This document shows, in pieces, positions 57,395 through 64,000 of a stretch of 64,000 nt of DNA. The notes below the pieces were generated by a model. That model did not search any database and had not been told where the DNA came from. It saw nothing but the letters and a program-made list of their open reading frames with translations. Position 1 is the stretch's first letter. The number at the start of each line of letters is the position of its first letter. Source of the DNA: a virus. Taxonomy: Duplodnaviria; Caudoviricetes. A program made the translations under genes and the position numbers. The stretch spans positions 6,546 to 70,545 of IMG/VR virus record IMGVR_UViG_3300033407_000007. One strand, written 5' to 3'.

Positions 57395-57404
57395 TCCTGA
57401 GGCC
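57376..57404 (-). terminator. intrinsic terminator for the 57429-57815 gene
   Basis: AAAAAA-GGCCCCAGG-TAAT-CCTGAGGCC. Confidence 0.7.
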
Positions 57405-57428
57405 TACGGTCGTTAGCGTTGCGCGATA

Positions 57429-57815
57429 TCATTGGCATTTCTTGGCGAGTGCACGACCCGCAGCCTCCAATGCATATACGTACCCTCGGACTCTCTCAAT
57501 GGTGGATATGGTGATGAGTTTCTTGGCCTCTAGATCTTTCAGGCTATTCAGCCACGCACCACTATATTTGCCGTCACGGCCGATGCCGACCCCGTCTTTG
57601 AGGTCATTCATACTGATTTGTTTTTTGGCAGCGAAGAGTACACGCAATATGCGTACCTGGTCAGTAGTAATTCCTAGCCTCTTGGATGCATCCTTAGCCC
57701 CGTCATCCTGCCGCTTGGATTGTGCATCCTTCTTCACTTGGGCCTTCTTGGGGGTTGCGGCCTTCTTGGTGGACTTGGTGGCGGGGGTCTTCTTCGTGGT
57801 CTTCTTGGTAGCCAT
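57429..57815 (-). CDS. winged-helix protein with histone-H1-like K/A/T-rich N-terminus
   Basis: MATKKTTKKTPATKSTKKAATPKK; QVRILRVL...SLKDLEAKKLI...YVYAL. Confidence 0.75.
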   Translation of the reverse strand: MATKKTTKKTPATKSTKKAATPKKAQVKKDAQSKRQDDGAKDASKRLGITTDQVRILRVLFAAKKQISMNDLKDGVGIGRDGKYSGAWLNSLKDLEAKKLITISTIERVRGYVYALEAAGRALAKKCQ

Positions 57816-57870
57816 CGTTTCGCTCCTTAGTTAGATTTTCGACAGGCTGGAACACCCAGTCAACAACCTT

Positions 57871-57899
57871 ATCATAGGGACCTTATCGGCAAAAGTAAA
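57871..57899 (-). promoter_or_regulatory. sigma70-like promoter TTTACT-17-TATGAT
   Basis: Good consensus and spacing; GCCGATAAGG spacer shared with 42834-42843. Confidence 0.65.
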
Positions 57900-57995
57900 G
57901 CACAAACCGCTGGAAATTTGAGCTGGAAATTTGAGGGGTTTTGGAAAGTATTTATAATACCTTATATAACAACACCTTACGACTGGAGAAATACC

Positions 57996-59036
57996 ATGCA
58001 ATTGACCGTCCGTAACGTGAATCACGCCTTCTACGAGCTGGTTTCTGGGATCGACTCCGGCAAAATTCCCACCGTTCGCAGGCCCAGTAGGGTGGGCGAG
58101 ATTCTTCAGATTCCGGAGCCTCTACTACTCACCTACACCCATCCACGGGAAAAGGTGTTGTTGAACCCTGCACGAGACTGCAACCCGTTTTTCCATCTGT
58201 ACGAATCTCTATGGATGCTGGCCGGTCGCAACGACGTAGCACCGCTGGCGTGCTACAACAGCCGGATGCCTGAATTCTCTGATGATGGCTCCACGTTCCA
58301 CGGTGCCTACGGCTATCGCTGGCGCAAGTGGTTCGGGTTCGACCAGTTGGATGCCATCGTAGACGAATTACGTAAAGACCCTAACAGCCGTCGATGTGTA
58401 CTTCAGATGTGGGACTCAACAGTGGAGCCGCCTCATACAATAGAATGTAGTGATCCGTACATGGCTGTCAACGGGGGCAAGGACGTGCCATGCAACACCC
58501 AAGCCTACTTCTCTGTAAGAAGGGAGTGTGTTACTCTCCCAGATTATCACGACCAAACAGATGGTAGCTACGCCGAATACCTGGACATGACAGTCTGCAA
58601 TCGCAGCAACGATATCGTTTGGGGTATGTTGGGAGCGAACGCTGTGCACTTCGCTATTCTCCAGGAGTACCTAGCCGCGAGAATCGGCGTGGAGGTAGGT
58701 GTGTACAACCAATTCACGAACAACGCTCACGTCTACACAGAACGGTTTACGCCTGAGAAGTGGCTAGATGGTTGGGAACCTAGTTACCCAATCTACAAGA
58801 AACGGGATATGGATATTCCTCAAGAAGAGTTGGAACAGTTCGTTGCAGACCAGTCGGCGTCAGATTGTACTGGTGAGTACAACCACCCGTTTTTGGAACA
58901 TGTAGCGAAGCCGATGTGTTGGGCATTTCATGCACATAAGGAACGGAATGGAATGGCCGTTGGTATAGCAGACACGATCGCTTCCCTCGATTGGCGGGAA
59001 GCTGCCATAACTTGGCTGTGTAGGAGGGCGAAGTGA
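57996..59036 (+). CDS. thymidylate-synthase-family enzyme, probably dUMP hydroxymethylase
   Basis: GAYGYRWR, NSRRCVLQMW, VPCN (catalytic Cys), NRSNDIVWGMLGAN (Asn indicates dUMP), HVY; C-terminal DW..A..WL.RR extension. Confidence 0.85.
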   Translation: MQLTVRNVNHAFYELVSGIDSGKIPTVRRPSRVGEILQIPEPLLLTYTHPREKVLLNPARDCNPFFHLYESLWMLAGRNDVAPLACYNSRMPEFSDDGSTFHGAYGYRWRKWFGFDQLDAIVDELRKDPNSRRCVLQMWDSTVEPPHTIECSDPYMAVNGGKDVPCNTQAYFSVRRECVTLPDYHDQTDGSYAEYLDMTVCNRSNDIVWGMLGANAVHFAILQEYLAARIGVEVGVYNQFTNNAHVYTERFTPEKWLDGWEPSYPIYKKRDMDIPQEELEQFVADQSASDCTGEYNHPFLEHVAKPMCWAFHAHKERNGMAVGIADTIASLDWREAAITWLCRRAK

Positions 59037-59194
59037 AATGCCTGATCCAGTGTTGACCGAGGCTGATTTCGTGCGTAGATACTATGGAGTTTGATAGTAA
59101 GGTATAATAAGTAGGGCACCAGTTAAGTGGAGGAAATACCATGGCGTGTGTGACAATTTAATACTTCAAATTATCAAAGGAAAAAGGTGGCCTC

Positions 59195-59736
59195 ATGTCT
59201 CATGATCCAGTTCTGACGAAGAAAGACTTCGTCAGGAGGTACTCTTAGCTGGCGAGTTCGGCAACGCAAGTCCTACTTGGCCTACGGTAGCCGACTATTT
59301 AGCATCATCTTATGATGGGTTAGTGCATTTACGTAATCGCGTAAAGGGTGGACCGACACATTATAACCAGACTCGCGATCAGGTTAACGGTAGATACTTT
59401 CTGCCTACTGACAATTTCTACGTATCAGCTATGGCCCCCCATGAGTACAATTTACTACAGGGTGAGGTGCAGCAAGGTGTGTGGGGGTTGGAATTATATT
59501 GCTCACCGTCTGTAGGATTGCCTATGCGCGATGCACTGCGCGAAGTATCCTACAGCCTGCGAGGATTATCAGCTACACAGATCCTACGTAGTAAAATGAA
59601 CGATTTAAGTTGGCAATGGCTGGAGTATCTACTTGAAACGTATCCAGATCATGTCGTAGAGTTCTCGTGCTTCAGTAAATGCTGGGGTACGGTCCCCGGC
59701 TATAATACAGTCTTTTGGGAGGTTCGTGCATTTTGA
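59195..59736 (+). pseudogene. hypothetical gene split by an apparent frameshift near 59243
   Basis: MSHDPVLTKKDFVRRYS* in one frame continues as LAGEFGNASPTW...FWEVRAF* in another. Confidence 0.5.
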
Positions 59737-59787
59737 CTAAACTTGGAAGACCACCTAAATCTAAGATAATTTGACTAAGGAGAAGTT

Positions 59788-60216
59788 ATGAACCCTACTG
59801 AGTACCAAAACCTGGCAGCGCGTACAGAATGCGATCAGGCAGCAGCTCGTGAGCGAATGACGGTTGCCAGACCGTACAGTGACGTACTCACCACGGTTGA
59901 TGGTAGTAGGCTATTCCCTATTCGCATGAATCACGCTCTAATGGGTATGATGGGCGAAGTCGGCGAGCTGGCTGGGGCAATTGAGAACTGGATTCAGTAC
60001 AATCGAGGACTGGACCTGGTAAACATCAAGGAAGAGTTGGGGGACCTGATGTGGTACATCGCCCTGATGTGTAATGCTTCAGGCATCTCACTAGAAGAGG
60101 TGATGGAGAAGAACATCGCCAAGCTGAGGCTGCGGTATCCAGACAAGTACAGCGACCATAATGCCGCGGAAGAGAACCGTGACCGTGCCGCAGAAAGGAA
60201 CGCCCTAGATGACTGA
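59788..60216 (+). CDS. MazG-like NTP pyrophosphohydrolase
   Basis: GMMGEVGE...KEELGDLMWY...KNIAKLRLRYP. Confidence 0.9.
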   Translation: MNPTEYQNLAARTECDQAAARERMTVARPYSDVLTTVDGSRLFPIRMNHALMGMMGEVGELAGAIENWIQYNRGLDLVNIKEELGDLMWYIALMCNASGISLEEVMEKNIAKLRLRYPDKYSDHNAAEENRDRAAERNALDD

Positions 60217-61078
60217 CGTACCAGAGGGAATAGCCCCCTACTTATCATTAGGAGTGGATCTAATCCCTGGTCAAGGTAATTGGACCGGAAATTGCCCGCT
60301 GTGCAATACTGATGGTAAACTATCAGTTGAAGAGAAGACCGGCAAGTACCGTTGTTGGTCGTGTGAATCTACCGGCAATGCTTGCTTGTTTGTAGAGAAA
60401 CTGTGGGAGTCTCTAGACTCTGCTACGAAGTCCTACACATCTCTGGCTGTAGATCGAGGGTTGCAACCAGATACTCTCATGCAATGGGGGTTTTGCTGGA
60501 ATTACCTGAATGCATCATGGTACTGTGCCGGTTACAACGAGTCTGGGAGTATCCGTAACATGTACCGCTACGCCAAGACTAGGGATGGTAAACGTAGATT
60601 GCAAGGCACCACCGGACTGAGCCAGCAGATGTACGGTGTCAACCTCTATGATGGTAGTAAAGAGCACGTTATGATCGCCGAGGGCGCATGGGACGCTATG
60701 GCCTTATGGGAGCACATGGCTACATGCCGCTGGAACGATGACCGTCTGGTATCCACTGCAAGCAGTCAGAACCTACTGGCTCAAACTAATATACTAGGAT
60801 TGCCGGGCTGTACTACGTTCTTCCCCAAGTGGGGCAAGTTACTGGCCGGTAAGATAGTGACAGTCATGTTTGATAACGATCATGAAAGAATTCACCCTTC
60901 TACTGGTAAGGTAATCGCTTCTGGTGCATTGATGGGCATGCATAATTTGATCGATAAGGTGGCTGGCACGGCTAACCAGCCTAAGGAGATTCACTACTTG
61001 CGCTGGGGAGACGAGCAGGACTACTGGACTAAGGACCTACCTCACGGTTACGACGTAACAAATGCACTGAGGAGCTAG
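60209..61078 (+). CDS. DNA primase (zinc-binding plus TOPRIM)
   Basis: CPLC...CWSC; IAEGAWDAMA; VMFDND. Confidence 0.85.
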   Translation: MTDVPEGIAPYLSLGVDLIPGQGNWTGNCPLCNTDGKLSVEEKTGKYRCWSCESTGNACLFVEKLWESLDSATKSYTSLAVDRGLQPDTLMQWGFCWNYLNASWYCAGYNESGSIRNMYRYAKTRDGKRRLQGTTGLSQQMYGVNLYDGSKEHVMIAEGAWDAMALWEHMATCRWNDDRLVSTASSQNLLAQTNILGLPGCTTFFPKWGKLLAGKIVTVMFDNDHERIHPSTGKVIASGALMGMHNLIDKVAGTANQPKEIHYLRWGDEQDYWTKDLPHGYDVTNALRS

Positions 61079-61080
61079 TT

Positions 61081-61311
61081 ATGCCTAAAATCATCATAGA
61101 TTACCCAGAGCAAGTTTCTAACATAGCTGCTCTGAACTACGTTCAGTCAGTAGTACGACAAGGAAAGGTCAGCGAAGCACGCGGCTACAAAAAATACTGT
61201 CATGCCACCGTGTTCAAAGTTGAGTCGCTCGGCAATCTGGTCGTGTACTGCCGGGACAAGCGTAAGAACGACGGCCCGGACTCGTTCGACGTACGACTGG
61301 GGACGACGTAG
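61081..61311 (+). CDS. small hypothetical protein
   Basis: 76 aa; TAG/GTG-coupled to the next gene. Confidence 0.5.
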   Translation: MPKIIIDYPEQVSNIAALNYVQSVVRQGKVSEARGYKKYCHATVFKVESLGNLVVYCRDKRKNDGPDSFDVRLGTT

Positions 61312-61796
61312 TGAAGGGCCATCGTACGATAGCTATCCTGGAGGTAATGTGGGGAGATCCGCCGAAGACCAGCATGGCCAATCCTAACTACCTGGCGCAG
61401 GCTCCGCGGTGCTTCCGGATTAACCCCCAGAACCATAGCGGACGCCGTTTGTACACTTTGCTGGGACATCGTAACCTACTGGTGACCAATGCCTGCCCAC
61501 AGTTAGTAGACTCGTCCAGAGGTTGTGGCAACCCGGACGCTGAGTGGCTCAAGGAGTCGCTGCTGGAACTATGGCCGTTCGATCTGCTGCTGGTCTGTGG
61601 TAGCGTTGCCCAGGATACGTATGGCCAGATTGATCTAGGCTATTCGTGCCGTACGCTGTACATACCTCACCCGGCAGCCAGGCAGTGGAGTCGACGCGAC
61701 CAGTCATTTGCTGCTGCTATCATCCAAGAAGGTAAGGCTGACCTCCACTTACGATTCCGTAATGGTAGACTCAGGGCACAAATCCTAACACAGTAG
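61311..61796 (+). CDS. divergent UDG-fold protein (putative)
   Basis: NHSGRRL, VTNAC, LLLVCGSVA, PHPAAR. Confidence 0.55.
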   Translation: MKGHRTIAILEVMWGDPPKTSMANPNYLAQAPRCFRINPQNHSGRRLYTLLGHRNLLVTNACPQLVDSSRGCGNPDAEWLKESLLELWPFDLLLVCGSVAQDTYGQIDLGYSCRTLYIPHPAARQWSRRDQSFAAAIIQEGKADLHLRFRNGRLRAQILTQ

Positions 61797-62316
61797 AGAT
61801 AGAGGGTTAGCTAACAAGCGGTCAGTGTGGACCGTGGCTTCGGAGGCATATGCTGGTGCACACTTTGCTACGTTCCCTCGTAAGCTGATCACACCTTGTA
61901 TTCTGGCTGGTACGTCTGAGAAAGGTTGCTGTAGTTCGTGTGGTAGTCCCTGGAGAAGAGTAACCGATGTGGAGAAGCTAACACGGGTTAGACCCAACGA
62001 TTATGTCAAGCGTACCGGGGAACCAGGTACTGGCAACAGTTGTGCTAACAGCGTAGCAGGTGTGTCAGTAAAGACCTTAGGGTGGGAACCTACGTGTAGC
62101 TGTGATGCTGACGTGAGGCCGTGCGTAGTGCTTGACCCATTCGTAGGCAGTGGTACGACGTGCTACGTGGCGGTGACGAACGGCCGATGGGGGTGGGGGA
62201 TCGACCTGAGTGAGGAGTACCTACGTAATAACGCGATACCCAGGCTGGAGGGTATAGGTATTTCCTACCCAGCATATTCGGGGATGTTTAGTTATCCCCA
62301 TAAAGCGGTATTCTAG
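61789..62316 (+). pseudogene. C-terminal half of an N4-C/N6-A DNA methyltransferase
   Basis: NKRSVWTV, HFATFP..LI.PCILAG, VLDPFVGSGTT, GIDL; in-frame stop at 61786, no SPPY/DPPY half. Confidence 0.7.
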
Positions 62317-62370
62317 GCCCCCTAAAGTAGGGTATAATATAGGTTTACAGGGCGACAGGAAGTACACGAT

Positions 62371-64000
62371 ATGCCGAGAGTACCCGTACCGAGCGAAACA
62401 TCCGATTTAAGGCCCCTAGCACGCCGTCTAAGGGCCTTGCAGGACCTCCTGAGTAATGTAGTACCCGTACCCGAGGAGTGGCTAGGAGGACGCGCTAGGG
62501 CTTCTGCGAATGTAGCTACCCTGACCCCCTGCACGTCGTACGCCAAGCTGGTCAACGCCTGGCGGCAGGCTCTGCGGTGGACGGACGGGCTGGACTGCTC
62601 TCTGAGCGTAATGCTGGCTGCCAGTGCCAGTACGTGCCTGATGGGAGAACAGCTCTGGTTCAAAATCATTGGCCCACCTAGCTGCATTGGTCCAGACACG
62701 CCAATCTATGACCCAGTGGCTAAGACCACCAAGACAGTGTATGAGCGATGGAAAGATGGCAGTAAGTTCTGGGTACTGTCAAGGAGGGTGGATGGCTCTT
62801 ACGTGACAGCAGAAGCGCTGCCCCCTCAACAGCACCCAGAAGCAGAACTCGTTAGATTGGATTTTGCATCTGGTAAGTCAATCGTGACTACTTATGGTCA
62901 CAGGATCTGGAATGGGTCTTCTTACTGTGACGTTGCTTCCATCGTTCGTGCCTTGCCTGAATGCGGGACTTACCGTCTTCCGTCTTGCGAGGAGGAACGC
63001 CAGATTGTTGAAGCGCACGACGCATCACAACCTGACCAATGTGTAGGTGCTGACATATCTCAGTATAGGTTTGACCGTTCTGGTACATCACCACAGCTTC
63101 ACGTTGCTTCCACTCAGGACATTTCACAGGCATCACTGTACTCCGTTGCTAAGGGTAAGGTATTGGCGAACCTATTAATCTTACCCGTATTTGATCACAT
63201 AGTAAACGCCACACCGTTAGGTCTTGGGCATTACTACGATTTCTGTGTGCCAGAGACGGGAAATTACTGGGCTCAAGGAGTATTTCACCACAACTGTGGC
63301 AAGACCACGGTGTTGGAAGGTCTCTCGATCAACAAGCAGTACGTGTTCAGCAAGGACAGTATACGAGGGTTTTATCAGGGATGGAAATCAGAAGACGGTA
63401 GTGACCTGTCCATCGCTGCGATGGCCAACCGCATGACGCTGGCTACCAAGGATGGGGACACGCTGCTGAAGAGCCCTAACCTGTCACAGATCCTCAGCGA
63501 GGCACGAGGGTTGTACGACCGTGTAGGGCGCACGCATTACCGCAACGCGGTAATGAACGAGTACGAGGGCCATCGTATGACATGGCTGCTGGCTGGCACT
63601 AAGTCTCTGCGTGAGATCGACGCGTCAGAACTAGGTACCAGATTCCTGGACTGCGTGGTTATGGATGATATAGATGATGAATTTGAGGATGAGGTAATGT
63701 GGCGTGCCGTCAATCAGGAGGCCGAGGCCATGATGGCCGAGAGCAACGGCGACCCAGACAATCACCATCCAGAGGCCCTAACTCGCGCCATGAAGATGAC
63801 CGGTGGGTACTTGTCCTATCTGCGTGAGAACGTGGTAGATCTATTGAGTCGCGTAGAGTCTCCTCCGGAAGACCGTCGTACCTGTGCTGCTTATGGTAAG
63901 TTTACGGCCTATATGCGTGCCAGACCGGTTAGGGGAGTGGACGACAACGAGGTGGACCGGGAGTTTGGGGCTAGGCTGGGCAAGCAAATGGCTCGCCTGG
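62371..64000 (+). CDS. P-loop ATPase/helicase, intein-containing, runs off the window (not in ORF track)
   Basis: Frame open from ATG 62371 to the edge; spliced Walker A GPPS|CGKT; KDGDTLL Walker B-like. Confidence 0.8.
   Translation, partial: MPRVPVPSETSDLRPLARRLRALQDLLSNVVPVPEEWLGGRARASANVATLTPCTSYAKLVNAWRQALRWTDGLDCSLSVMLAASASTCLMGEQLWFKIIGPPSCIGPDTPIYDPVAKTTKTVYERWKDGSKFWVLSRRVDGSYVTAEALPPQQHPEAELVRLDFASGKSIVTTYGHRIWNGSSYCDVASIVRALPECGTYRLPSCEEERQIVEAHDASQPDQCVGADISQYRFDRSGTSPQLHVASTQDISQASLYSVAKGKVLANLLILPVFDHIVNATPLGLGHYYDFCVPETGNYWAQGVFHHNCGKTTVLEGLSINKQYVFSKDSIRGFYQGWKSEDGSDLSIAAMANRMTLATKDGDTLLKSPNLSQILSEARGLYDRVGRTHYRNAVMNEYEGHRMTWLLAGTKSLREIDASELGTRFLDCVVMDDIDDEFEDEVMWRAVNQEAEAMMAESNGDPDNHHPEALTRAMKMTGGYLSYLRENVVDLLSRVESPPEDRRTCAAYGKFTAYMRARPVRGVDDNEVDREFGARLGKQMARL
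62683..63294 (+). mobile_element. mini-intein (204 aa) inserted in Walker A
   Basis: Block A CIGPDTPIYD; block B TTYGHRIW; block F YYDFCVP..GNYWAQG; block G HHN followed by Cys+1; no LAGLIDADG/HNH on the sense strand. Confidence 0.92.
62888..63133 (-). CDS. HTH protein encoded antisense inside the intein
   Basis: GGAG 7 nt before ATG 63133; KQREAVVMYQNGQTYTEICQHLHIGQVVMRRALQQSGV. Confidence 0.6.
   Translation of the reverse strand: MPVKCPEWKQREAVVMYQNGQTYTEICQHLHIGQVVMRRALQQSGVPPRKTEDGKSRIQARHERWKQRHSKKTHSRSCDHK

Noticed and set aside
57996-59036. Plain thyA or dCMP hydroxymethylase
   Set aside because: Asn at the specificity position argues against dCMP; the C-terminal extension and aGPT-PPlase neighbour favour dUMP hydroxymethylase, though this is unproven
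1-64000. Stop-codon reassignment (many TAG and CTAG sites)
   Set aside because: Conserved genes are intact under code 11 and TAG ends genes at sensible positions

Overview
About 64 kb of an uncharacterised tailed dsDNA phage genome. It is siphovirus-like, with a tail tube, a tape measure and no sheath gene. A Planctomycetota host is inferred only from gene content (CsrA, a SEC-C mini-protein, signal-peptide and Cys-rich proteins, a matrixin). Layout: (1) 1-6.4 kb head module; (2) 6.4-19.1 kb accessory block inside the neck genes, with fibre/lectin-like proteins, several signal-peptide proteins, a tRNA-CAT, a matrixin and a methyltransferase; (3) 19.1-28.4 kb tail module with a -1 frameshifted chaperone and Cys-rich tip proteins; (4) 28.6-37.7 kb co-oriented nine-gene sugar biosynthesis and transfer cluster; (5) 37.9-44.6 kb minus-strand early region with a UvrD helicase, repeated cassettes, an HNH gene and two tandem hammerhead ribozymes; (6) 44.9-64 kb replication and recombination genes (RuvC-like, two UDG-fold proteins, PD-(D/E)xK nuclease, Sak4-like ATPase, CsrA, SSB-like, family A polymerase, primase, intein-bearing ATPase/helicase) with a DNA-hypermodification set (aGPT-pyrophosphorylase, ParB-like, Mom-like GNAT, dUMP hydroxymethylase, MazG). 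The most notable items are the tandem hammerheads in the HNH leader, a mini-intein carrying an antisense HTH gene, the thymine/adenine modification combination, and the probable virion-glycosylation cluster with candidate GTGT acceptor tracts. All calls come from manual motif reading; no database searches were run.
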